The notes below the pieces were generated by a model, which had not been told where the DNA came from, ran no database searches, and worked only from the letters and a program-made list of their open reading frames with translations. 64,000 bases of DNA from an uncultured Chloroflexia bacterium. GTDB lineage: Bacteria > Chloroflexota > Anaerolineae > Anaerolineales > Anaerolineaceae. Every line of letters begins with the position of its first letter. Position 1 is the stretch's first letter. The stretch covers positions 300,762 through 364,761 of the forward strand of contig CAWEQO010000004.1 in assembly GCA_963811225.1 (NCBI GenBank), written 5' to 3'. Position numbers and translations under genes: made by a program. Positions 55,049-63,654 of this stretch are shown here, piece after piece.

Positions 55049-55291
55049 TCCTCAAGGTCTGAGGCGAGCGTTTCATGGTATTATCAAGGGATAAGGGTGC
55101 AGCAGGGGCGAAAATTTTCCATCGTCACTGCGCAGTTATCTCAGAAAGGGAATTATACCAGGAATGCAGGAGGGAATTCAGGGAGGGATAGGACAAACAT
55201 TATCTAGATGGGGGGCGTCCCGGTCGCTAGACTGGAAGCGAGATTGCTAATTTCAATCCTTTAACACATCAAAATCAGGGAGGGGAACTGG

Positions 55292-56686
55292 ATGGATCCG
55301 GTTTTACTTTCAAGGTGGCAGTTCGGTATCACTACGGTCTACCATTTCTTTTTCGTTCCGCTGACCATCGGCCTGTCGTTACTGGTCGCGATCATGGAGA
55401 CCATCTACGTCACCAGCGGTAACGAGGTGTACAAGCGCATGACGCGCTTCTGGGGGAAGCTGTTTTTGATCAACTTTGCCGTGGGGGTGGTGACCGGGCT
55501 GGTTCTGGAGTTTCAGTTTGGGATGAATTGGGCCGACTACTCGCGCTTTGTGGGGGATGTGTTCGGCGCCCCGCTGGCGATCGAATCGCTGCTGGCCTTC
55601 TTCCTCGAATCGATCTTCCTTGGTGTGTGGCTGTTTGGTTGGGATAAGATCTCCAAAGGGTGGCACGCGGTCAGCGCCTGGCTGGTGGCGATCGGGGCGA
55701 CCGTTTCGGCTTTCTGGATCCTGACGGCCAATTCATTCATGCAGCAGCCGGTGGGGTATGCCATCGAGAATGGCCGGGCGGTGATGCAGGACTTCGGCGC
55801 ACTGATCACCAACCCGTATGTGTGGCTTCAGTTCCCGCACACTGTATTCTCGGCCTTCACCACGGCGGGTTTCTTCATGATGGGCATCAGCGCTTATCAT
55901 CTGCTGCATAAACCGGAAGACGAACACTACACCCGCTCGTTCATCATCGGCAACCTGACTGCAATCATCGCCGCGTTCCTGGTAATCCTGGTCGGTCACT
56001 CGCAGGCGCAGCGCATGGTACGCGTCCAGCCGATGAAGATGGCCGCGGCCGAAGCGCTGTGGGAAAGCGAGAATCCGGCTTCGCTCTCGTTATTCACCAT
56101 CGGCAACGAGCGCGAACGTGAGGATGTTTTTGCCATCCGCATCCCGCGATTGTTAAGCTTGCTGGCTTACAACCGGCTGACCGGCGAGGTCAAGGGCATT
56201 AATGATCTGCAGCAGCAGTACGTCCAGCAGTACGGGCCGGGGGATTACGTCCCATCGGTGATCACGGCATACTGGTCGTTCCGCATCATGGTGGGGCTAG
56301 GGTTCCTGATGCTGCTGATGGCGGCCTATGCGATCTGGATGGTGATGCGCCACAAACCGCTGCACAAAATCCCCTTGTTCTGGTGGTTCATCCCGGCGAT
56401 CCTCTTGCCTTATATGGCCAACACGACCGGCTGGCTGCTGACCGAGACCGGGCGACAGCCTTGGGCTGTGTACGGGTTGATGCTGACTGCAAACGGAGTC
56501 TCGCCAACGGTTTCGCCCGGCTTAGTGATCACGTCGCTGGTTGGGTTTACGCTGATTTACGCCCTGCTGATCTTTGTCGATGTTTATTTACTGGCCAAGT
56601 ACGGGCGGGCGGGCATCGCTCCAGATGAGCCCGGCTCACCCATTGGCGGCGGCGAACAGAGCGGTGCGGACGTATTCCCGGCATAG
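55292..56686 (+). CDS. cydA: Cytochrome bd-type quinol oxidase subunit I
   Basis: LSRWQFGITTVYHFFFVPLTIGL.. at the N-terminus, a Q-loop region, and a GWLLTETGRQPW motif. Confidence 0.92.
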   Translation: MDPVLLSRWQFGITTVYHFFFVPLTIGLSLLVAIMETIYVTSGNEVYKRMTRFWGKLFLINFAVGVVTGLVLEFQFGMNWADYSRFVGDVFGAPLAIESLLAFFLESIFLGVWLFGWDKISKGWHAVSAWLVAIGATVSAFWILTANSFMQQPVGYAIENGRAVMQDFGALITNPYVWLQFPHTVFSAFTTAGFFMMGISAYHLLHKPEDEHYTRSFIIGNLTAIIAAFLVILVGHSQAQRMVRVQPMKMAAAEALWESENPASLSLFTIGNEREREDVFAIRIPRLLSLLAYNRLTGEVKGINDLQQQYVQQYGPGDYVPSVITAYWSFRIMVGLGFLMLLMAAYAIWMVMRHKPLHKIPLFWWFIPAILLPYMANTTGWLLTETGRQPWAVYGLMLTANGVSPTVSPGLVITSLVGFTLIYALLIFVDVYLLAKYGRAGIAPDEPGSPIGGGEQSGADVFPA

Positions 56687-56695
56687 GAGGTCACG

Positions 56696-57712
56696 ATGGC
56701 ATTACCAACCTTGTGGTTCATAATTATCGCGTTTCTGTTTATCGGTTACTTCGTGCTGGAAGGCTTCGACTTTGGCGTGGGCATGCTGATGCCGTTCCTG
56801 GGCAAGAACGATACCCAACGCCGGATCGTCATCAATACCATTGGCCCACACTGGGACGGCAACGAGGTCTGGCTGATCACGGCCGGCGCGGGCATGTTCG
56901 CAGCCTTCCCCGGCTGGTACGCAACCCTGTTCTCGGGCTTCTACCTGCCGCTGTTCCTGCTGCTGGTTGGGTTGATCATCCGCGGGGTCGCGTTTGAGTT
57001 CCGCAGCAAGGAAGAGGGCTCGCGCTGGCGCAAGACGTGGGACTGGATCCTGTTTACGGGCAGCGCCATCCCGGCGCTGTTGTGGGGTGTGGCGTTTGCC
57101 AATTTTATTCGAGGTGTGCCGATCAACGAAAACCAGAATTACGTCGGCGGGTTTTGGAATTTGCTCAACCCGTACGCCCTGGTGGGCGGGCTGGTGACAG
57201 TGACCGGCTTCTTGCTGATTGGCGCAGTCTACCTGACGCTGAAGACCTCCGGCGAACTCCGCGAAAGGTCTCGCCGGGCGGCAATATGGCTGTGGCTGCC
57301 CGCAGTGGTGGTGCTGGTGATCTTCACGATCATGACCTACCTGCAGACCGATATCCTGACCAAACTGGGCGTCAACCCGGGCGCGGTTCCGATTGGAGCC
57401 CTGCTGACCCTGCTGATCTCGGTTTATTTCATCCGCGAACGCCAAGAGGGCTGGGCCTTCGCCATGCTGGCCTCCTCGATCGTGCTGGCCACGGCTACGG
57501 CGTTCCTGCTGTTGTACCCGCGCGTGCTGATATCCAGCCTGAACCCGGCTTACACGCTCACGATCTTCAACACCGCCTCGGGTCAAACCACCTTGCGCAC
57601 GATGACCACGATCACGCTGATCTTCCTGCCAATCGTGCTGATCTACGAGGGCTGGTCGTATTGGGTGTTCCGCAAGCGGTTGACTGAGAAGGCGGAGGGA
57701 TTGGAATATTAA
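56696..57712 (+). CDS. cydB: Cytochrome bd-type quinol oxidase subunit II
   Basis: LPTLWFIIIAFLFIGYFVLEGFDFGVGML.., WDGNEVWLI. Confidence 0.9.
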   Translation: MALPTLWFIIIAFLFIGYFVLEGFDFGVGMLMPFLGKNDTQRRIVINTIGPHWDGNEVWLITAGAGMFAAFPGWYATLFSGFYLPLFLLLVGLIIRGVAFEFRSKEEGSRWRKTWDWILFTGSAIPALLWGVAFANFIRGVPINENQNYVGGFWNLLNPYALVGGLVTVTGFLLIGAVYLTLKTSGELRERSRRAAIWLWLPAVVVLVIFTIMTYLQTDILTKLGVNPGAVPIGALLTLLISVYFIRERQEGWAFAMLASSIVLATATAFLLLYPRVLISSLNPAYTLTIFNTASGQTTLRTMTTITLIFLPIVLIYEGWSYWVFRKRLTEKAEGLEY

Positions 57713-57720
57713 TCCCTACG

Positions 57721-57765
57721 AAAAAATGTGGATGGCGGCCACAGTGGCCGCCATCCACATTTTGC
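57721..57765 (+). terminator. Intrinsic terminator of cydAB (20-bp stem)
   Basis: AAAATGTGGATGGCGGCCAC (57723..57742) pairs with GTGGCCGCCATCCACATTTT (57744..57763). Confidence 0.7.
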
Positions 57766-57881
57766 ATCCTTTTAATCTTCTACTTTACCAAAACTTAGAT
57801 TTGACTTAGAATAATCGAGAAGAAGGAACTGCGTGGGCAGTTATTGAAGAAAAAGAACCGCAATATCATCGGAGGCGCATC

Positions 57882-58304
57882 ATGTGTTCTTGCTGTGAGA
57901 AAAAGGTCATCTCGTCGGACCAGGCACCCAAGGCAATTGGCCCGTATTCGGTCGGCATTCAAGGCGGGAATTACGTATTCACCGCCGGTCAACTTGGCAT
58001 CGACCCCGCGACCGGCAACATCGTCGAGGGCGGCGTCGAGGCAGAAACCCGCCAGGCGCTCACGAACGTGAAAAACATTCTCGAAGCCGCAGGCAGCAGC
58101 CTGAGCCGCGTGGTCAAGACGACCGTTTTCCTGGCAGATATTAACGACTTTACCCGTATGAATGGCGTGTACGGCGAATTTTTCACCGAGAATCCACCTG
58201 CCCGGTCGGCTTTTCAGGTGGCGGCGCTCCCTAAAGGGGCTGCCGTTGAGATCGAAACGATTGCAATGGCTGCGGAAAGCGATTGTTGTTGCAACAAGGA
58301 CTGA
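57882..58304 (+). CDS. ridA: RidA/YjgF-family reactive-intermediate deaminase with Cys-rich termini
   Basis: APKAIGPYSVGI..G.VFTAGQLGIDP.TG..V.G..E.ETRQALTNVKNILEAAGSSL..VVKTTVFL.D...F..MN.VY..FF....PARSAFQVAALPKGA.VEIE. GGAGG SD 7 nt upstream of the ATG. Confidence 0.85.
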   Translation: MCSCCEKKVISSDQAPKAIGPYSVGIQGGNYVFTAGQLGIDPATGNIVEGGVEAETRQALTNVKNILEAAGSSLSRVVKTTVFLADINDFTRMNGVYGEFFTENPPARSAFQVAALPKGAAVEIETIAMAAESDCCCNKD

Positions 58305-59305
58305 TCGAAGGAACGCCGCTCGTCTCACTGGTCGTTCCATGCTACAATGAACAGGCAACCATCCGGCTGCTGCTCGAAGCCATCTATCGCCAGACGTATC
58401 CCCGTCAAAGTCTGGAAGTTGTGATTGCCGATGGACAATCTGTGGATGGCACCCGCGCACAAGTGGCAGCATTCCAACAGGAGAACCCCGATTTATGCAT
58501 TCAGCTGGTAGATAACCCCCGGCGGATCATTCCTGCGGCTCTGAACTGCGCCATCCAGGCGGCTCAGGGGCAGGTGATCGTGCGCCTGGATGCACACTGC
58601 ATCCCCGCCGAGGATTACGTCCAGCGCTGTGTTGACGGCCTGGCAGCCGGGCTAGGCGACAATGTCGGTGGGGTGTGGGAAATCCGGCCATTTTCTACCG
58701 GCTGGCAGCCGCGCTCGATTGCACTGGCGGCGGCCCACCCGATTGGGGTCGGCGACGCACGCTATCGCTTGAACGGCAAGGCCGGCGCAGTGGATACGGT
58801 GCCGTTCGGCGCTTTTCGGCGGGAGCTGTTCGACAGAATCGGTCCGTTCGACGAGCGCCTGCTCACGAATGAAGATTACGAATACAACACTCGCATCCGC
58901 CAGAGCGGCGGGCGGGTATGGTATGACCCGCAAATCCGTTCGATCTACTACGCCCGGCCCGATCTGGGCAGCCTGTCTCGCCAGTACTGGCGCTACGGCT
59001 ACTGGAAACAGCGCATGCTGCGGCGCTACCCGGAGACCCTGCGCTGGCGCCAGGCCCTGCCGCCGCTGTTCGTGGCGAGCCTGATCGTACTGCTGCTGTT
59101 GGCCCCCTGGTGGGTGGTTGCCCGCCTACTGCTGGCGCTGGAGGCGCTCGGTTACATTCTGGCCCTGCTGGCCGGCTCGACGCCGCTGGCGCTGCGCCAT
59201 AAAGACTTGCGGCTGCTGTTAGGAGTTCCGGCGGCCATCTCCGTGATGCACTTCTCATGGGGCGCCGGATTTTTGTGGAGTGCAGTAAGCCAGGGAAAAC
59301 GTTGA
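58283..59305 (+). CDS. Family 2 glycosyltransferase (membrane-anchored at the C-terminus)
   Basis: VSLVVPCYNEQATI.., VIADGQSVDGT, RLDAH. C-terminal TM helices. The start is a TTG per the track and is uncertain. Confidence 0.8.
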   Translation: MLLQQGLIEGTPLVSLVVPCYNEQATIRLLLEAIYRQTYPRQSLEVVIADGQSVDGTRAQVAAFQQENPDLCIQLVDNPRRIIPAALNCAIQAAQGQVIVRLDAHCIPAEDYVQRCVDGLAAGLGDNVGGVWEIRPFSTGWQPRSIALAAAHPIGVGDARYRLNGKAGAVDTVPFGAFRRELFDRIGPFDERLLTNEDYEYNTRIRQSGGRVWYDPQIRSIYYARPDLGSLSRQYWRYGYWKQRMLRRYPETLRWRQALPPLFVASLIVLLLLAPWWVVARLLLALEALGYILALLAGSTPLALRHKDLRLLLGVPAAISVMHFSWGAGFLWSAVSQGKR

Positions 59306-60753
59306 GGATCCTCCCGTTGAAACCGATTACTTCGTATCGAATCACACGGAAGCCCATCTTCTGGCGCTTGCGCCCAGGCGAGCGCCGGACGATCCTGTTA
59401 ATCGGCGATTTGCTGGTGACGCTCGTGGCGTTGTTCATCGCGCTGTACTTCTGGGCCTACCGGGATAACTGGCTGGAATTTTCGTGGGAGTTCCTCAAGA
59501 GCCGCCCGGACTTCTGGTTTTACTGCATGCCGCTGGCGTGGATCATGCTGATGACCGAGCTGTACGATGTGCGCCGCGCCAGCCGGAGCAAAGAGACCCT
59601 CATCGGGATCATCACAGCCACCGCGATGGGGCTGGGCGTCTACTTCGTGGTGTTCTTCTTCGCGGCCAAAGGTTCGCTGCCCCGTTTTAGCGTCGCCATG
59701 TTCATTTTGTCGGTGTTTTTCCTGACGCTCCTCTGGCGGATGGCCTATATCAACGTCTTTACCGCGCCGCAGTTCATGCGGCGCGTGCTGGTCATCGGGG
59801 CAGGGCGTTCCGGAATCGCGCTTGCGCAGGTGGTCAAGGAAACCTGGCCGCCGCCATTTTACCTGGCCGGTTACATCGATGACGATCTGGACAAACGCGG
59901 CGAGACCTTCGAGGACCGGCCGGTGCTGGGCGGCTCGCAAAACTTGATGACCGCGGTCAAAGAGCAGAACATCACAGATTTGATCTTCGCCATCTCAGGC
60001 GAGATGAACCCAGAGATGTTCAAGGTGTTGATGCAGGCCGAAGAGCAAGGCGTAGAGATTACGACCATGCCGATGGTCTACGAGGAGCTTCTCGGGCGTG
60101 TGCCGATCTTCCTGCTGCAATCCGACTGGCTGCTGCGCTCGTTCGTCGACCAGGCTCACGCCGGGCAGCTGTTCGAGCTGGCCAAGCGCGCCATGGACAT
60201 CCTTGGCGGGCTAATCGGCTCACTGGCGCTGTTGGCGCTGTTCCCGTTCATCGCCCTGATGATCCTGCTCGACGACGGCTTTCCGATCACCCACACCCAG
60301 AAGCGGGTTGGGCGCAGCGGGCGGGTGTATAGGATTGTCAAGTTCCGCACGATGTGTAAAGACGCCGAGAAGGATGGTAAGCCGCTCCTGGCCCAGGAAA
60401 ATGACGATCGCGTGACCTGGGTGGGCCGCTTACTGCGCAAGAGCCACCTGGATGAGATGCCGCAGTTCCTGAATGTTTTGACCGGCGAGATGAGCCTGGT
60501 GGGACCGCGCTCAGAACGGCCCGAATTGGTGGACGATCTGCAGGAGTGCATCCCCTTCTATCGGGCGCGTTTGCTGGTCAAGCCCGGTTTGACCGGTTGG
60601 GCTCAGATCAACCAATCTTACGCTGCCAATATTGAGGAGATGGGTATCAAGCTGGAATACGACCTCTACTACATCAAGCACCGCAATCTGATGCTCGACT
60701 TTACCATCCTGCTGCAGACCTTTGGACAGGTGTTCGGGTTCCGGGGACAGTGA
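59257..60753 (+). CDS. Polyprenyl glycosylphosphotransferase (bacterial sugar transferase, WbaP/EpsB-like)
   Basis: N-terminal TM helices and a Rossmann-like linker. C-terminal KRAMDILGGLIGSLAL.., KFRTM, DEMPQFLNVLTGEMSLVGPR. The alternative TTG start at 59302 would overlap the upstream stop. Confidence 0.85.
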   Translation: MGRRIFVECSKPGKTLRILPLKPITSYRITRKPIFWRLRPGERRTILLIGDLLVTLVALFIALYFWAYRDNWLEFSWEFLKSRPDFWFYCMPLAWIMLMTELYDVRRASRSKETLIGIITATAMGLGVYFVVFFFAAKGSLPRFSVAMFILSVFFLTLLWRMAYINVFTAPQFMRRVLVIGAGRSGIALAQVVKETWPPPFYLAGYIDDDLDKRGETFEDRPVLGGSQNLMTAVKEQNITDLIFAISGEMNPEMFKVLMQAEEQGVEITTMPMVYEELLGRVPIFLLQSDWLLRSFVDQAHAGQLFELAKRAMDILGGLIGSLALLALFPFIALMILLDDGFPITHTQKRVGRSGRVYRIVKFRTMCKDAEKDGKPLLAQENDDRVTWVGRLLRKSHLDEMPQFLNVLTGEMSLVGPRSERPELVDDLQECIPFYRARLLVKPGLTGWAQINQSYAANIEEMGIKLEYDLYYIKHRNLMLDFTILLQTFGQVFGFRGQ

Positions 60754-60800
60754 GATGAAGATCTCTTAATCCTCCCGTTACGATCCGCAACCGCTATCTC

Positions 60801-62657
60801 ATGGCCGGGGACGCCTCACTGGCGATCATTTCGGTCTTTGCCGCGTACGTGCTGCGTGAGGAACTGGGGGCGCAGTTCAACCTCTACCTGCCCTCGGCGA
60901 TCTGGCTGGCCTGCCTGGCCCTGGTGATCAAGCCGCTTGTCTATTCCTCTTTCGGCCTGTACCGGCGCATCTGGTTATACGCCAGTATGCAGGAGCTGAA
61001 GCTCATCATGGCGGCGGTGACGGCCGCCTCGATCCTGGTGTCGATCGGCATCATCAGCCTGTTCCACGCCGGGGCGTTCGTCGGCTTCCCGCGCTCGGTG
61101 CTGATCATCGACTGGCTGCTCTCGATCCTGGCGGTTGGCGGCCTGCGCTTCACCCTGCGCTTGCTGGCCGAGAACCGCACCTTATCCATGCTGACCGGCA
61201 GCTCGATCCGCAGCAAGCGCGTGCTGATCGTCGGCGCGGGCGATGGCGGGGCGCTGGTCGTGCGCGAGATGCAGAAAAACCCACAGCTGAACCTGAACCC
61301 CGTGGGTTTCCTGGACGATAACCCGAACAAACAGCGCCAATCGATCTACGGTGTGCCGGTGGATGGGCCGCTAACCGACCTGGAACGGGTGCTGAGCAAC
61401 CGCCGGGTGGACGAGGTGGTGATTGCCATCCCGAGCGCTCCTGGACGGGTGGTGCGCCTGGTGGCGGACGTGTGCCGCTTGAAGGGTATTCCTTTCCGCA
61501 CCATGCCGGGTATCTACGAGCTGCTGGGCGGCAAGGTCAGCGTTAGCCGCTTGCGTGAGGTAGATATCACCGACCTGCTGCGGCGTGACACGACCCACAA
61601 CGAAGACTCGCGCATCGGGCCCAGCCTGAGCGGAAAAACAGTGCTGATCACCGGGGCGGGCGGCTCGATCGGCCGCGAGCTGTGTCGTCAGGTGGCGCGG
61701 TGGGGGCCGGCGGAGATGGTGCTGGTGGGGCATGGCGAAAACAGCATCTTCGAATCGATGCAGGAGATGCAGGAAACGTTTGGCTCTTTGCCGGTCCGCC
61801 CGGTGATTGCCAGCGTGACCGATGCATCCCGGCTGCAGAACGTCTTTGCCCGCCACCGCCCCGACGTGGTTTTCCACGCAGCGGCGCACAAACACGTCCC
61901 GTTAATGGAGAAGAACGTCGAGGAGGCCATCCTCAACAACGTGCTGGGCACCTGGAACGTGGTGCGGGCAGCGTTAGACAACGGCGTCGAGCGGCTGGTG
62001 ATGATCTCATCGGACAAGGCCGTGCGCCCGATCAACGTGATGGGCGCGACCAAGCGGCTGGCAGAGATGATCGTACTGGATGCGGCTGCCTGCTCGGGTC
62101 GCAGCTTCTCGATCGTGCGCTTCGGCAACGTGCTCGGCAGCCGCGGCAGTGTCGTGCCGCTGTTCAAGCGCCAGATCGCGCGCGGCGGCCCGGTGACCAT
62201 TACCCACCCGGATATGCGCCGCTACTTCATGACCATTCCTGAGGCGGTGTACCTCGTGCTGCAGTCGTGCGGTTTTGGCAGCGGCGGCGAGACCTTTGTG
62301 CTGAACATGGGCGAACAGGTACGCATCCTCGACCTGGCGGAAGACCTGATCCGCCTATCGGGACTGGAGCCGGGCAAGGACATTGACATCGTGTTTACCG
62401 GCATCCGCCCGGGCGACAAGCTCAGCGAAGACTTGTGGGACGAGGGCCAGGAGTTTACTCCAACCCAGCACCCGGACATTTTCCATTTGAACCGCGGCGA
62501 CGAGCTGCAGGGCGAGACCCTGCGCATGGCGGTCGACGAGTTGGTGCGGCTGGCGCGCGAGGGCGATGCTACCGCCATCGTCCACCTGCTGGATGATTTG
62601 ATCCCCGACGCGGCTGTTTTCAGCACACCTCCCCCAGAAATCAATTCGATCGATTAA
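60801..62657 (+). CDS. Polysaccharide biosynthesis protein, CapD/PglF/WbpM-like membrane-bound NDP-sugar 4,6-dehydratase
   Basis: Four N-terminal TM helices. VLIVGAGDGG and VLITGAGGSIGREL (two Rossmann motifs). SSDKAVRP and NVMGATKR match the SDR catalytic region. Confidence 0.85.
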   Translation: MAGDASLAIISVFAAYVLREELGAQFNLYLPSAIWLACLALVIKPLVYSSFGLYRRIWLYASMQELKLIMAAVTAASILVSIGIISLFHAGAFVGFPRSVLIIDWLLSILAVGGLRFTLRLLAENRTLSMLTGSSIRSKRVLIVGAGDGGALVVREMQKNPQLNLNPVGFLDDNPNKQRQSIYGVPVDGPLTDLERVLSNRRVDEVVIAIPSAPGRVVRLVADVCRLKGIPFRTMPGIYELLGGKVSVSRLREVDITDLLRRDTTHNEDSRIGPSLSGKTVLITGAGGSIGRELCRQVARWGPAEMVLVGHGENSIFESMQEMQETFGSLPVRPVIASVTDASRLQNVFARHRPDVVFHAAAHKHVPLMEKNVEEAILNNVLGTWNVVRAALDNGVERLVMISSDKAVRPINVMGATKRLAEMIVLDAAACSGRSFSIVRFGNVLGSRGSVVPLFKRQIARGGPVTITHPDMRRYFMTIPEAVYLVLQSCGFGSGGETFVLNMGEQVRILDLAEDLIRLSGLEPGKDIDIVFTGIRPGDKLSEDLWDEGQEFTPTQHPDIFHLNRGDELQGETLRMAVDELVRLAREGDATAIVHLLDDLIPDAAVFSTPPPEINSID

Positions 62658-63653
62658 ATGGCTGTCATCACCGCTTCTGAATGGGACGCCTTCTTGAGCC
62701 AGTATCCCGACGCGCACCTGCTGCAGACGTCCGCCTGGGGCGCATTGAAGTCGGATTTTGGCTGGCAGGCGCAGTATGTCCAGGTAGAGGATGCCGGGGT
62801 GCAGGTGCTGTTCCGAAAGCTGCCCCTGGGTTTGAGCGTGGGCTACATCCCCAAGGGGCCGGTGGGGTCAAACTGGGACTCGCTGCTGCCCGAGCTGGAC
62901 AGGCTGTGCCGCCGCAATCGAGCGATCTTCTTGAAGGTCGAGCCGGATGCCTGGGCTCCGGCGGCGCCGCCCCTGCTTGAGGAAATGAGCCGATTCGGAC
63001 GGCCAGCGGATCCGATCCAGCCGGCGAGAACCATTGTCGTGGATTTGCACGGCGGTGAGGAGGACTGGCTGGGGCGCATGAAACAGAAGACGCGCTACAA
63101 CATCCGCCTGGCTGCCAAGAAGGACGTGGTGGTGCGCGAATCGGATGACATTGAAGCATTCTACCGGTTGATGACCGCCACCGGCGAGCGGGACGCCTTT
63201 GGGGTGCATGGAATGGCGTATTACCGACGAGCTTACGACGTTTTTTCACCCCAAGGAGCTTGCGCGCTGCTGCTGGCTCATTACAACCAGCGTCCCCTGG
63301 CGGGATTGCTGGTGTTCCAGCGTGGGCCGCGCGCCTGGTACTTCTACGGCGCTTCCAGTGAGGAGGAGCGCAGCCGTATGCCGGCGTATCTGCTGCAGTT
63401 CGAAGCGATGCGCTGGGCGGCGGAGCGAGGCTGCACACTCTATGACCTGTGGGGTGTGCCGGATGCCGAGGAAGAAGCGTTGGAAGCAGGATTCACGGCC
63501 CGTTCGGACGGGCTGTGGGGAGTCTACCGCTTTAAGCGCGGCTTCGGGGGTGAGATGAAGCGCTCTGTGGGGGCCTGGGACCGGGTATACAACCCGCCGG
63601 TGTATGCGTTCTACCGCTGGGCGCTGGCGAGGCGGGCGACAGAAGGTGGATAA
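62658..63653 (+). CDS. FemAB-family peptidoglycan bridge-formation (aminoacyl-tRNA-dependent peptidyltransferase) protein
   Basis: WDAFLSQYPDAHLLQTSAWGALKSDFGW.., KTRYNIRLA, YYGASSEE.R...AYLLQFEAMRWA...G...YDLWGV. The ATG abuts the upstream stop. Confidence 0.8.
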   Translation: MAVITASEWDAFLSQYPDAHLLQTSAWGALKSDFGWQAQYVQVEDAGVQVLFRKLPLGLSVGYIPKGPVGSNWDSLLPELDRLCRRNRAIFLKVEPDAWAPAAPPLLEEMSRFGRPADPIQPARTIVVDLHGGEEDWLGRMKQKTRYNIRLAAKKDVVVRESDDIEAFYRLMTATGERDAFGVHGMAYYRRAYDVFSPQGACALLLAHYNQRPLAGLLVFQRGPRAWYFYGASSEEERSRMPAYLLQFEAMRWAAERGCTLYDLWGVPDAEEEALEAGFTARSDGLWGVYRFKRGFGGEMKRSVGAWDRVYNPPVYAFYRWALARRATEGG

Positions 63654-63654
63654 T

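Noticed and set aside
62668-63438. 256-aa minus-strand ORF opposite the FemAB gene
   Set aside because: It is an Arg/Pro/Ala-rich antisense shadow. The plus-strand frame has FemAB-family motifs and a paralog next door.
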